A stretch of 64,000 nucleotides of DNA from Octopus vulgaris (Eukaryota), in the NCBI GenBank assembly GCA_951406725.2, contig OX597839.1:26970001-27034000 (forward strand), read 5' to 3'. A program made the translations under genes and the position numbers. Shown one piece after another: positions 15,195-29,667 of this stretch; position 1 is the first letter of the stretch; each line of letters starts with the position of its first letter. Under the pieces are notes generated by a model. That model saw nothing but the letters and a program-made list of their open reading frames with translations, was not told the DNA's origin and did not search any database.

Positions 15195-16662
15195 TAGGAT
15201 GCGTAAGATATTTGAGGACAGATTTATGTTTATAAAAAACATAAATAATAACTGATAATAACTTTATTTACAGTTCTATATTTAAGAAATGAGGAATTAC
15301 GTACATTATTTACATTGTTTACATTCGACGGATATTTGTCCTCATCTTGTTTGTTGTTAACGTTTCCCGAAGACACCTGAAGAAGGCTGGAGGGTATATC
15401 AGCCGAAACGTTGTTTTAACAACAAACAAGATGAGGACAAATATCCGTCAAATGTAAATAATGTAAATAACTTTATTTATCAAAATAAACCTTCTTTTCT
15501 ATAATGTTATTCAATAAAGCCACCTTCAGCTTCAACAACTGCTTCTACATGAGATCTAAATTAACTACATGCTCGAATCAAGTGGTCCTGGTTAATTCTG
15601 GACATTATTCTGACTATGGCAGCTTTCAAAGAATCTCTGGTGTTACGGGTGTGTTCATTGACCTCTCCCTCTCAATAACGCTCCACATGTGACAGTCCAA
15701 TGGATTGAGATCTGGAGAATTAGGAGGCCAAATGTTAGGGGTTATGTGGTCAGGAAGATTTTCAGCCATCCATTCCTGTGTTACTAGAGCCATGTGTGAT
15801 TGTGCAGAGTCTTACTAAAACACATATAACCTTCCATTGCATATACTGTCTACCCAGGGCTTAACAATTGTTTCCAGGACCTCAATGTAGGTGGCAGAGT
15901 TAACTCTAAGGTCTTGTCGAAAGAAGTAAGGAGGCATCACATGTCCTTCATTGCTGATAACCCCTAAAACCATAACAGTTGCAGGAAATTTTGTATGCAT
16001 AACACTTGGAACTTCAGAAGGGTCTGCACATAACCATCTATCATTTCTTCTGTTAACGTTTTGATCTTGGTCGAAGTTTTTCTCGTTTGAGGATAACCAA
16101 ATCAAATCTTCTTCTGCTGATTTTTCAGTTTAAGAGCCTTTTTAGCTCTGATGTAGTGATTTTCTTTTACTTTTTCAGACAAATTGATCTTTTCTCATCA
16201 TATAAGACTTATATCTGATGTCTTTGTGTACAACATTTCTGACTGTTCCTTCTGATACATGGAGATCTTTTGCAGTTGACCTCATGAACTTTGTGGGATT
16301 GTAATCAATGGTCTGTTGAACCTGGTGGATAAATTCAGGTGTTCTGCTGATTTCAGAGCGTTTAGAAATGCTTTTTCTGCTTTGATACTAGTAATATGTT
16401 TTCATCTTCAGTCTCCAGCTCCTTACAAACTTTGTAGACGAAAGATCTGGCAACTTTTAAAACTCAAGATATTTCTAAATCACTATGCTCAGCCTTTATA
16501 ACCACAAGAACAGCATGCCTCTTTATTTCTTGAGTAAGCTGAGGGTCTGCCATTATTATTTTCAGAAATACATATTAAATAGAAACAAAGATTATTATAC
16601 AGTATTAGCAAAAAATACAGCAATGACCTCAAAAAGTATGTCCTTAAATACCTTACGCACCC

Positions 16663-16664
<2 letters not shown>
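15195..16664 (-). mobile_element. Tc1/mariner maT (DD37D) transposon, decayed, both TIRs present
   Basis: TIRs AGGATGCGTAAGATATTTGAGGACA / TGTCCTTAAATACCTTACGCACCCTG; transposase SNEKNF..VMVLG..DSA..WPPNSPDLNPLD with 37 aa between the last two Asp; stops and frameshifts. Confidence 0.9.
15271..15466. mobile_element. Truncated, fold-back copy of the 31872-32428 hammerhead family, inserted in the maT transposon
   Basis: Same body sequence (GGATATTTGTCCTCATCTTGTTTG) in both orientations; hammerhead CTGAAGA..CAGCCGAAACGTT at 15372-15417 (+); duplicated AATAACTTTATTTA on both sides. Confidence 0.8.
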
Positions 16665-16707
<43 letters not shown>

Positions 16708-16805
16708 TATATAATATATATATATATATATAATCGATTAAGGTTTTCATCACTTTTTCAGTCTGCGGAAAAATGGCTAAAATTCGCCCTCTTTATAATT
16801 ATACC

Positions 16806-17037
16806 TATTTCTTTATTACCCACAAGGGGCTAAACACAGAGGGGACAAACAAGGACAGACATAGGTATTAAGTCGATTACATCGACCCCAGTGCGTAACT
16901 GGTGCTTAATTTATCGACCCCGAAAGGATGAAAGGCAAAGTCGACCTCGGCGGAATTTGAACTCAGAACGTAACGGCAGACGAAATACCGTTAAGCATTT
17001 CGCCCGGCGTGCTAACGTTTCTGCCAGCTCGCCGCCT
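16806..17037 (-). mobile_element. Family A SINE
   Basis: GGCGAGCTGGCAG..CCTTTCATCCTTTCGGGGTCGATAAA; TSD AATTATACC. Confidence 0.88.
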
Positions 17038-17123
17038 TAAAATTATACCATATAGTACATATATAAATATATACATACATACATGAAAGTTCAATTTGGC
17101 TCAATTACGCATTTATCATATAT

Positions 17124-17496
17124 CTCTTTACTCTTTTACTCGTTTCAGTCATTTGACTGCGGCCATGCTGGAGCGCCGTCTTTAGTCGAGCAACTCGACC
17201 CCGGGACTTATTCTTTGTAAGCCCAGTACTTATTCTATCGGGATAATTTGCCGAAACGGGGACGGAAACACACCAGCATCGGTTGTCAAGCAATGCTAGG
17301 GGGACAAACACAGACACACAAACATACACACACACATATATATATATACATACATATATACGACGGGCTTCTTTCAGTTTCCGTCTACCAAATCCACCCA
17401 CAAGGCACTGGTCGGCCCGGGGCTATAGCAGAAGACACTAACCCGGAACCATGTGGTTGGTTAGCAAGCTACTTACCACACTTCCACTCCTGCGCC
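17124..17496 (-). mobile_element. Family B SINE with internal deletion
   Basis: Reverse complement homology to 25628-26086. Confidence 0.85.
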
Positions 17497-17577
<81 letters not shown>

Positions 17578-18012
17578 GAAGAGAGGGAGAGAGAGACTCA
17601 TGCACGTGTGTGTAAGTATATATATACACATGTGTGTTTGTATATGTAGATATATGTATATTTGTATAGGTGTGTTTTTGTGTATGTAGGCATGTATGAA
17701 TTAATATTGTGCAAAGCCAGTCATTAACAAAGATACAAGGGGCTTTTGTTTAAGCCAAATAAGCTCTTGGGGTTTGTGGACATGTGAATTAGCTGGTGTG
17801 TGTGTGTGTGTCTGTGTGTGTGTGTGGTGGTGGTGGTGTGTACGTGAATGATAAATGCGTTCTTGAGCCCAATTGAACTTTTCAAGTATCTGGGAACGCT
17901 TCTGCCGAGCGCAAGTACTTACGTGTGATCCATGCAAAGCGCGCACGTGCATGTGTGTGTGTGTGTGTTCGTGTGTTTGTGTGTGTGTGTTTGTGAGTGC
18001 TTGTGTGTGTGC

Positions 18013-18044
<32 letters not shown>

Positions 18045-19049
18045 TTGTGTGTGTGCGTGTGCACCCCATACGGACTGAAGGACGGACGACTGCTTGCCTG
18101 TGTTTGGTCGCGGGACTTCGAGTGGGGAATCCTGGGAATGCTTTGGAAATATCCACTGTACCAGTAATCGATTCGGGTGCGAGAATGCGAAACAGTTTCG
18201 TTTGTGTCTTCACTCTCTCTATATATATACATACATACATATACACTCACACATGCACATACATACATACAGACATACATACATACGTACATACATACAT
18301 ACATACATTCATACATACACACATACATACATACATACAGACAGACAGATATACATGCATACACACATACATACATACATACATACAAACATACATACAT
18401 ACACACACACATACATACATACATACATACATTCATACATACACACATACATACATACATACATACAGACAGACATACATGCATACACACACACCTACAT
18501 ACATACATACATACATACATACACACACACATACATACATACATACACACACATACATACATACATACATACACACATACATACATACATACATACACAC
18601 ATACATACATACATATATGCATACACACATATACATACATACATACGTACATGTATGTATATATATAAACATACACACATACCTACATACACACATACAT
18701 ACACACATACATACACACATACACACATACACACATACACACACATATACATATGTGTATATATATATATATAAATAAATATATATACATACATACAAAC
18801 CTATACATATATATGTATATATACATAATATATATATGTAAATATATATGTATATGTGTGTGTGTATGTATGTGTCTGTATGTATAAATGTTTGTATGTG
18901 TGTGTTTGTGTAAGTATCTATAAATGCATGTATGCAAGTATGTGTGTCTATATGTCTGTATATAAGTGTATGTGTGTGTATGCATGTATTTATATATGTA
19001 TGTACGTATATGTGTGTGCATGTATGTATGTGTATGTGTGTGTATGTGT

Positions 19050-19560
19050 GTATGTATGTTTGTATGTATATATGTAAGTATGTATGCATGCACATATGTA
19101 TGTGTGTGTATGTATGTGTTTGTATGTATGTGTGTATATATGTACGTACGTATGTCTGTGTGTGTATGTGTGTATGTGTGTTTGTATGTATATATGTAAG
19201 TATGTATGCATGCATGCACGTATGTATGTGTGTGTATGTATGTGTGTATATATGTACGTACGTATGTCTGTGTGTGTATGTGTGTATGTGTGTTTGTATG
19301 TATATATGTAAGTATGTATGCATGCATGCACGTATGTATGTGTGTGTATGTATGTGTGTATATATGTACGTACGTATGTCTGTGTGTGTATGTGTGTATG
19401 TGTGTTTGTATGTATATATGTAAGTATGTATGCATGCATGCACGTATGTATGTGTGTGTATGTATGTGTGTATATATGTACGTACGTATGTCTGTGTGTG
19501 TATGTGTGTATGTGTGTATGTGTGTTTGTATGTATATATGTATGTACGTATATGTATGTG
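19050..19560. repeat. 112 bp minisatellite built from (TATG)/(TG) units
   Basis: Identical translated blocks start at 19206, 19318, 19430. Confidence 0.85.
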
Positions 19561-20022
19561 TCTATGTATGCATGCATGCATGCATGTATGTATGTGTGTG
19601 TATGTATGTGTCTATTCATGTACGTGCGTAAGCCTGTGTCTGTATCTGTTTGAATGTGTCTGCGTGCACGTGCTACATATTTTAAAGAACATTCCAAAAG
19701 AATGGCGAAGGAAGGAAAAGTGATTAAAAGAAAGCTCATAATTGGAATTCCGCGTTGCCAATTCCAAAGACCAAACAGCCCTTCGCCTCCCCTCCCTCCT
19801 TTCCGACCAAGGTTCCCTGTCCTCTTAGAATATTTCGTATATAACGTGTCTTTATAAGTATTTGACGGTTGGCGTGGCTCTTTGGTAAGGAGCTTGCTCC
19901 CCAGCCACGTGGTTCTAGGTTCAGTCTCACAGTGTGGAGCCTTGGCCAAGTGTCTTCTATTGTAGCCTGAGCATCGTGAGTGCATTTGGTGGAGGGAAAC
20001 TGAAAGAATCCCATCGTATATA

Positions 20023-20065
<43 letters not shown>

Positions 20066-20135
20066 TGGTGCCCCAGCATGGCCGCGGCCTTCGGCTAAAA
20101 CATTTTTAAGGATTTAAGGATATATATATATATAT

Positions 20136-20231
<96 letters not shown>

Positions 20232-20232
<1 letters not shown>

Positions 20233-20910
20233 GGGGGTGCGAAGGGTAAATTGTCGCCATGTGTATTGTTTCTTTTTGATTTTGTCGACTACAAAGTATA
20301 GTAGGGTTAGTTGGGCACCGTCTGTGAGAAAACCACCTCCATGACGCTATTCATTCTGCCGCAAATATGGAAACGACATGCTGTACTGCTTGGCTTTCAC
20401 AACGGAAGCTCCAATACGAACATCTCAGAATGTTTGGGTATTAATCAGAGGACAGTGCAATTTGAGGACATGTATCGAGAGTGATAAAAATCAAACATCC
20501 AGTCAACATCATGGTGTTTGGAGTGATCACTAGTGATGACGTCCATCGTAAATGGCCACGTTATGCCTCCATTAATTTTCCCACACGTCCTCAGACGCAA
20601 CACGGAGGCCCCCATTAAGTGCCTGGAGGAGAAAGTGCTGCCCTGGGTGAAGAGGGGGGCTATTAGAAGGCCCTATGTCTGGCAACAGGACTCTGCACCG
20701 TGCCACACAAGGACAAGAGCTCAGTCTTGGATGTCACCACTTAACTCACTCACCAGCCTGCTATCCCCTTCCTTATTATATGTGGGTCGCAGTTGAGCGA
20801 GAGACCAGCAAAACTCCTTGTAACAGCAAAGATGAACTGAAGGCAAGGATTATGGCAGCATTCACCAACTTAAACAAGGTGAGCATCCAGAAGAGTTGCA
20901 GGAGATTCAA
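20232..20910 (+). mobile_element. Second maT-like transposase remnant
   Basis: VMPPLIFP..YVWQQDSAPCH..YYMWVAVERET..DELKARI fragments. Confidence 0.8.
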
Positions 20911-21109
20911 GAATTTGGACCTGGAGATCTCCATTTCCAGAAAGGTTCCTGTAAAACACTGCGTGCTTAAGGAACCGTAAAAGAACCTCAAGAAATACGT
21001 GTAGCAGAGAAATGAGTAGAAAGTATTAACTTAAAATTCTCTTATATGGTGTGATGATGGGACTACTATCTCTAAATAGCATATATACATACATACATAC
21101 ATACATACA

Positions 21110-21221
<112 letters not shown>

Positions 21222-21247
21222 TATATAATAGATAGATAGATAGATAG

Positions 21248-21299
<52 letters not shown>

Positions 21300-21304
<5 letters not shown>

Positions 21305-21650
21305 TGAATTGAAGAAATGGAGTTGAACGAAGATTGAACAGAAATCGTTTTATTGCATTCTACACGTGTTTCGAAAGGCACAAATTACCAAATTCCGATT
21401 GGAATTTGGTAATTTGTGCCTTTCGAAACACGTGTAGAATGCAATAAAACGATTTCTGTTCAATCTTCGTTCAACTCCATTTCTTCAATTCACTAATAAT
21501 ATTAAAATTCAATTATCCGCACCAACGCACGGTTGCAACACCATATGGTTGTACCTCCAACCGTGCTGTCTTCTGCTGTGATTTTTGCTACCAAGGTATC
21601 GGTTAAACCTTTGATTAATCTGCAACAAGATTATTCATCTTTCTATTTCA
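21300..21650 (+). mobile_element. Short element in (TA)n starting with a perfect 198 bp palindrome (GAAAC-ACGT-GTA)
   Basis: 97 bp arms 21300-21396 / 21401-21497 around GATT; tail homologous to about 1625-1720. Confidence 0.7.
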
Positions 21651-21702
21651 CAATATATATATATATATAGATATATATATACATACATATATATATATAT
21701 CT

Positions 21703-21734
<32 letters not shown>

Positions 21735-21770
21735 GCATATATATATATATATTTACGTACATGTATATAT

Positions 21771-21821
<51 letters not shown>

Positions 21822-22322
21822 CGAGTAAATGCGGGCAAAATTAACCCAAGCTGAAATTGAACGCAAAATGCCGCAATAAGAGAAGAAAAAATGAATATTT
21901 TGCACAAAATTTCGGTTGGGCCGCTGCAGTATTTGCTAAGTCAGCGTCTCAACAACATCAACAACAACAACAAGTGTAATAACGAGAGCAACAACGATTG
22001 TAGTAACAATAAGAATGCTAAGAAAATGGAAGAGAGAAAGAGAGAGAGAGAGAAAGCGGAAGTGCCAGGTCTTCTTGCAATTTTAAATTATGAGGATGCG
22101 AATAAAGGTGCGTGCGCATGTTTGTGTGTATGTGTGAGTGTGTATGTGTGCGTGCTAACGTATATGTATATATATATGTGTGTGTATGTGCATACACACA
22201 TACATTATATACACAAGTGTCTTTTTATAGATATATATATACACACGCCTGGATGGAAATACATACATACATATACATACATACATACATACATACATAC
22301 ATACATGTACATACACACACAT

Positions 22323-22360
<38 letters not shown>

Positions 22361-22412
22361 GCGTACTCGCATACATTTATGTGTCTGTGTTGCGCGTGTA
22401 TATGACTAAATT

Positions 22413-22446
<34 letters not shown>

Positions 22447-22487
22447 TATAATTATATATATGTATATATACACAAATATATATATAT

Positions 22488-22528
<41 letters not shown>

Positions 22529-23039
22529 GTGTATATATATATATACATATATATATAAGTGTGTATGTATGTGCATAAATGAACACACACACACGCTCAT
22601 GCACACATATATACATATATGTGTATATAAATATACAAGCAAACGTATGCTTGTGCATGTACATATTTAAGGACACGCACACATATACACACTTACACAC
22701 ATATAGCACACTCGCAGACATACATACACACACACACACACACACCTACACCCACTTTCCGTGATGTTCACCGGTTCTTTTGAAGTTTTCAGTTGATAAT
22801 GGCGTAAGTGGGAGGGCCGGGGTGTGAGAATGGTCTAAGAGGGAGGGCCGGGGTGTGAGAATGGTGTGATGGAGGTGGAGGAGGAGGAGGAGGAGGCATG
22901 GGAGTAGAAAGGTGAGGTAAAGAGTGGAGAGAGATGAGTAGGAGGTACTGTAATGATGTTGTCTGAGTGACAACCGAGAAGACAGGGTGTTGTCAGGGCT
23001 GGAGAAAGAGATCCTGGGTTCAATCCGGCAGCTTGGTAT

Positions 23040-23408
23040 TTACTCTTTTACTCTTTTACTTGTTTCAGTCATTTGATTGCGGCCATGCTGGAGCACCGCC
23101 TTTAATCGAGCAAATCGACCCCGGGACTTATTCTATCGGTCTCTTTTGCCGAACCGCTAGGTGACGGGAACGTAAACACACCAGCATCGGTTGTCAAGCA
23201 ATGCTAGGGGGACAAACACAAACACACACACACATATATATATACTATGGGCTTCTTTCAGTATCCGTCTACCAAATCCACTCACAAGGCATTGGTCGGC
23301 CCGAGGCTATAACAGAAGACACTTGCCCAAGATGCCACGCAGTGGGACTGAACCCAGAACCATGTGGTTGGTAAGCAAGCCACCCACCACACAGCCACTC
23401 CTGCGCCT
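23040..23408 (-). mobile_element. Family B SINE
   Basis: Reverse complement homology to 25628-26086. Confidence 0.85.
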
Positions 23409-23667
23409 ATGTATATCGGGTATTTTTGTCATTGAGACAGAACAATCAAAAAGGGGTAATTTTAGCTAAAGGAAACTAGTGGGAAGCCCCTTGTGCGCGT
23501 GCGTGTATGTATGTACAGACACACATAAAAAACACATGCACACACATATAAGTATTCATATACATACGTACACACACACACACACGCTTACAGAGGATTC
23601 GAATGTACAACAAATAAAAGATAAAGAAACAAAAAAAATATTTTGACGCTGAGATAAAATGGAAAAA

Positions 23668-23704
23668 TTTTTGACGTTTCGGTTCGACGCTCTTCGACAG
23701 AAAG
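23668..23704 (-). ncRNA. Hammerhead-like motif, CTGTCGA variant family
   Basis: Minus strand TTT-CTGTCGA-AGAGCGTCGAACC-GAAAC-GTC-AAA; relatives at 50985-51020 and 33918-33945. Confidence 0.45.
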
Positions 23705-23798
23705 GAATGAGGAAAGAAAACGGAGAGAGAAACAAATGAAGTGAGGAAGAAAGGCGTGTTTAGATTAACAGTTTATATATACATACATGCACGCGCGC

Positions 23799-23965
<167 letters not shown>

Positions 23966-24273
23966 CATATATATATATAAATATAAGAATAAAATTTATA
24001 TATAAAGAAACAAGGACGTGAAATACACAAAGGGACGAACACAGAAAACAGACGGGTCATTCGAAGCCTTTAATCTTCAGTCAGAAACCGGATCATCATA
24101 GCAAATTTCGGCTGATTAATTTTGATATTTGCCCCAACGCGGCCAACCCCAAGGAAAAACTAAGCTGTGAGCATTAGATTTCTTGGAAATAGGAACGAAT
24201 TTAAACGCAACAGGGACGAATATAAATACAAAAAACGAAAACAAAAATAATAACAAGAATGGTTAATAACAGG

Positions 24274-24307
<34 letters not shown>

Positions 24308-24522
24308 TAGATAGATAGATAGATAGATAGGGAGAGTTTATATATTGATAAAAGCGGTAAGATAACAAAAGAGACCTCGATATTATGTAAATAGAGGAAT
24401 TTATCTGTAAATTTTTTTACTTTTACAGCTATATATGTATATATATATAATGTGACCTCGTCTGTATCACTAGCGATTTTTTTTCCTCTGTCTTCCCTTC
24501 TCGGGACCTTTCCTTCTCCTAT

Positions 24523-24557
24523 GTTTCCGACGAAGAGCTCCGCTCAAAACGTCAAAC
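24523..24557 (+). ncRNA. Decayed hammerhead motif, same family as 56620 (element about 24478-24655)
   Basis: GTTT-CCGACGA-A-GAGCTCCGCTC-AAAAC-GTC-AAAC with two core substitutions; flanks homologous to the reverse complement of 56505-56700. Confidence 0.6.
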
Positions 24558-24653
24558 TCTCCTTCTTCCCTTCTTTCCTGAGCGTCCAATAATACTATAT
24601 TTGTTCCACGTCCTCGCGTTGTTGTCTTTTTGTTTTCTTGTTTGGATTAACCT

Positions 24654-24684
<31 letters not shown>

Positions 24685-25154
24685 GGTTATTCAAAAAGAA
24701 TGAACCGATTTCATTACGCAATATTTTAATAAGGAAAAGAAACAGAAAGCTCCAGCTAAGCCACAAATATTTACTCACATCATTCATCATCATTGTTCGA
24801 CCGTGGTTGTACTCACAATCAACTTTGCGTCACCGACAAATGAATTTTGGAAAAGAGGTCTTGCATGTCTACAAGATGGAAGAGCATTGTAAAACATGGA
24901 GGAGGGTATATTTTAGATTAAAAAAAAAACTTCATCTTAATTCTGAAAAATATAAGGTAAAAAAAACCGCATTACTTATGGAATGACCCAAATATATATA
25001 CACATATATATGAGATTGTGTGCGTGTGCGTGTCTGACTGTACGTATGTATACTTGTATGCATGTACGTATATATATATATATATGTATAGTCATACATG
25101 CACACACAAACACACATATACGATGTTTATAAACGTATGTATATAAATACATCC

Positions 25155-25190
<36 letters not shown>

Positions 25191-25219
25191 GTGACGTTAT
25201 TTTAATAATACCATCTCTT

Positions 25220-25254
<35 letters not shown>

Positions 25255-25627
25255 GTGACGTTATTTTAATAATATCATCTCTTCCTATATATATATATTA
25301 TATATATATACATACACGTGTGTGTATGTGTGTCTTAGATTAGTTGATCGCAAAGCACACAGAGTGCTATAAATAATAGCAAGCAAATATTTGCTTATTT
25401 TCTTTTGCAACCTAATATTGATTTATCATTATTTATAGCTCCACGATGTATCGAGCTATATGTGGGCTTTAAGATCTAGTTTTCAAAAATCGAGTTCTTT
25501 TACGTCCTCTCAAAAGTTTATAAAATACATATAATATCAACGATATACATACATACATACATACATACATACATACATACATACATACATACATACATAC
25601 ATACGTACGTACATACATACATACATA

Positions 25628-25793
25628 TGGAGTGGCTTTGTGGTAAGTAGCATGTTTACCAACCACATGGTCCCGGGTTCAGTCCCACTGCGTGGCACCT
25701 TGGGCAAGTGTCTTCTACTATAGCCTCGGGCCAACCAAAGCCTTGTGAGTGGATTTGGTAGACGGAAACTGGAAGAAGCCCGTCGTATATGTA

Positions 25794-25863
<70 letters not shown>

Positions 25864-26086
25864 AGTATATGTTTGTGTGTCTGTTTGTCCCCCCCAGCAC
25901 CGCTTGGCAACCGATGCTGGCGTGTTTACGTCCCCGTAACTTAGCGGTTCGGCAAAAGATCCTGATAGAATAAGTACTAGGCTTGCAAAGAATAAGCTCT
26001 GGGGTCGATTTGCTCGACCATAAAGGCGGTGCTCCAGCATGGCCGCAGTCAAATGACTGAAACAAGTAAAAGAGTAAAAGAGTAAA
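25628..26086 (+). mobile_element. Family B CORE-type tRNA SINE with internal (TA)n/(TG)n
   Basis: GGTTCAGTCCCACTGCGTGGCACCTTGGGCAAGTG..(AAAAGAGT)n tail; partial copies also at 4690-4884, 4988-5441, 10760-10855, 11040-11160, 12515-12690, 14624-14970, 19870-20017, 56020-56167. Confidence 0.88.
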
Positions 26087-26837
26087 GATTAAAGAGATAT
26101 ACATATATACGCGTACGCACACACACACACATACACACACAAACACATATATGCATATATTGTGTTATCTTTAATATTCCACATTTTCGTTAAAAATACA
26201 TTTCTGAGTGTTGTTTTGAGTGTCAAGCAGATGAGGATGAGAAGAGACCATGTTTAGTGTTACATCGGTCAAAGATCATGCACGTCAGTTTTACGTTACA
26301 ACTGAATTGCACGTGTCGTCTGCTCAGTGAAATTTTCCCGCTCTGCAGTCAGACATATTGGTGTTTGTTTTAGAGCTTCCAGATCATGGCGTGTTTCATG
26401 AAGCATTGTTTGTTTCGATAATATTCGAGTGTTTATTTCGGTCTGTAGATGTCTCTTTATCATTTTAATTTATTTGTCTTCTTCCTCTCTTTATTTAATT
26501 GTGGGTAGGGCCACAGATTGAAAGGAAATCCTTAAATTCGTTCGTTGCTGCCATAGTTGATATATGCACGAAGCTGGCAGCAGATGTGAACAAAAATAAA
26601 ATAAAATAAAATGAAAATAAAGCATAAAAAAATTTTAAAAACTATCGTCTATTCTTACTTACACTTATGTAACAATAATATACACCGTTTCATACATGAG
26701 TGTGTGTTTCTGTTAATATATATATATATATATATATACATACCTGCAAACATACATGTATGTATGCGTGCATGTATGTATGTACGTATATATATTTGTG
26801 TATGTGGGTGTATGCGCGCATATATATATATATATAT

Positions 26838-26885
<48 letters not shown>

Positions 26886-27066
26886 TGCTACTCACGTTTC
26901 TGATAACCTGAGAAAGTAGTAACCGGGTCCTTTTTCTGATAGAGGCTGCTGACATATAAATAAATGCTTTAATGAATATATACATAGAATTGGCAGGGAC
27001 ATACTGCCACAATATGCGTGAGTGTATGCGTGTGAGTTTGTGAAAGAGATAGATAGACAGACAGAC

Positions 27067-27127
<61 letters not shown>

Positions 27128-27128
27128 T

Positions 27129-27164
<36 letters not shown>

Positions 27165-27169
27165 GTAGG

Positions 27170-27245
<76 letters not shown>

Positions 27246-27784
27246 AGCAAAGAGAGAGAAATAAATATAGAGATAGATATAAACGAAAAGGCTGACGGTG
27301 TTGCTTGCCTGTGCTACAGAAGAAGAAGAAGAAGAAGAAGAAGAAGAAGAAGAAGAAGAAGAAGAAGAAGAAGAAGAAGAAGAAGAAGAAGAAGAAGAAG
27401 AAGAAGAAGAAGAAGAAGAAGAAGAAGAAGAGAAGGTCTGAGATAAGGAAGGCAATGAGAAACTGTTTAGCGGGGTTTAATTGAGATCATTTGAAGACTT
27501 CCCGTTCCCAGACACACAACGCTGGAGTCTGCAGTTGGAGATCCATTTTCTCGCACAAACAACGAAGATAGGCGCATCTGTACGCACACATACGCATTCG
27601 TTAAAAGTAGACGCACACACTTAAACATTGAAACATGCGTGTGTGTACGTGTAGAAATAGCTGTGAACTTATGTAGATAAACACTCTTATGTAAACATAC
27701 GTAGGCATACACAGACAACTGCCTACGCATATATGTACGTGTAGGTATGTACACTCAAAGACATACTCCGAAATACATACCCAG

Positions 27785-27821
<37 letters not shown>

Positions 27822-27855
27822 ATAGCTGGGTATGTATTTCGGAGTATGTCTTTGA

Positions 27856-27919
<64 letters not shown>

Positions 27920-28072
27920 GTATATATATATGTTATATATATATATATAATATATATACGTATATATATATTATATATATATATAATATATATATACATA
28001 TATAATATATATATATACACACGTATATATATACACATATATACAAATATACATATATACATATATACATAC

Positions 28073-28157
<85 letters not shown>

Positions 28158-28419
28158 TAGCGTGAAGGCGCGTGCATTGTGGTTAGGGGTATTCAGCCTA
28201 CAATAGCAAGTTCGTGAGTTCGATTCCTGGCGAAGAGTTGTGTCCTAAAGCAAGATACTTTATTTCATGTTGCTGAATCAAGAACCACAGAGCTTGCTTA
28301 CATTTTCACCCCGTGATCAGTCAGTCTGTCTGTGTGTCTGTCTGTTGTTATACATCACCGGTCACGATGCTCTTTCTCACTTTATTGTAGCTTTCGATTG
28401 ATGTTACTTCGTTAGCAGT

Positions 28420-28735
28420 GAAGGCGCGTGGCTCAGTGGTTAGGGTGTTCGGCTCACGGTCTTAAGGTTGCGAGTTCGCTTCCGGCCGGCGCGTTGTGTC
28501 CTTGAGCAAGACACTTTATTACTCGAGTCCACTCACCTGACAGAGATAAGTTGTACCTGTAATTCAAATGGGTTAGCCTTGTCGCATTCTGTGTCAAGCA
28601 GAATCTCCCTGAGAACTACGTTAAGGGTACGCATGTCTGCGGAGTACTCAGCCACTTGCAAGTTAATTTCACGAGCAGGCTGTTCCGTCGATTGGATCAA
28701 CTGGAACCCTCGTCGTCGTAACCGACGGAAAACCA
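28420..28735 (+). mobile_element. SINE with D-like head and C-like tail (head-only relative at 28163-28275)
   Basis: GAAGGCGCGTGGCTCAGTGG..CTTGAGCAAGACACTTT then GAGAACTACGTTAAGGGTAC..GTAACCGACGG. Confidence 0.75.
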
Positions 28736-29026
28736 GTATATTCTTTACACACACGGAAATAAACACACGATCACACAAATAAACACACACACATGTAAAC
28801 ACTTAAAAACACGTGTATACACATTAAAATAGTTGACACACCTACATAAATATACACTCAGAAACACACAGACATGCCAATATATACACGTGTAGATGGA
28901 CGTGTGTATACACAGAAAAACAGGCAACGATATGCAAGCATATATACACCTTTATACGCATAAATAAATAAACACATTCGCACGCATAAACACTCAAACA
29001 GACAAGTGCGTATATACAAATGACTG

Positions 29027-29110
29027 TACAGCAATCCCTCGATTATCGCGGGTGCTACGTTCCAAAACCCCACCGCGATAGGTGAACATCCACGAGTAGA
29101 CATAGTACTG
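29027..29110 (+). mobile_element. pogo/Tigger-like terminal fragment
   Basis: TA-CAGCAATCCCTCGATTATCGCGG..CCGCGATA resembles Tigger-type TIR and subterminal sequence; other end absent. Confidence 0.5.
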
Positions 29111-29123
29111 TACTGTATATTTA

Positions 29124-29182
<59 letters not shown>

Positions 29183-29195
29183 GTTATTATTATTA

Positions 29196-29296
29196 TTCAG
29201 TAGTTTTATTTTTATAGCGTGCTTTCACTTCACTACCGAGCGCAGCTGTGTGTGCCTTGGGTATGTGCTGTGATTTGTTGTGATGCTCTGATGGTT
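29196..29296 (-). mobile_element. 3' UTR of the same R4/Dong-like element inside (TTA)n
   Basis: GTGCTTTCACT.CACTAC.GAGCGCAGCT.TGTGT.CCTTGGG shared with 46612-46655. Confidence 0.7.
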
Positions 29297-29393
29297 ATTT
29301 ATTATTATTATTATTATTATCATTATTATTATCATTATTATTATTATAATTGTTATTATTATTATTATAATTATAATTGTTCTTCTTCTTCTT

Positions 29394-29473
<80 letters not shown>

Positions 29474-29478
29474 CATCA

Positions 29479-29512
<34 letters not shown>

Positions 29513-29580
29513 CATCATCATTAGTCCCTTTATGTTTTCCAATAATATTTGTCAGCCCTTGTGGCCAATAAAAAGAATTA

Positions 29581-29655
<75 letters not shown>

Positions 29656-29667
29656 TGTATATATTTA

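Noticed and set aside
24000-24280. Hammerhead in a (TA)n-flanked element (CTGACTGA..GAAT or CAGCCGAAA)
   Set aside because: Core too degenerate to call without a family consensus.
24680-24990. Complete mariner-type MITE
   Set aside because: Two TIR-like ends (CAGGGTTATTCAAAAAG and TTACTTATGGAATGACCC) do not match each other; unrelated fragments.
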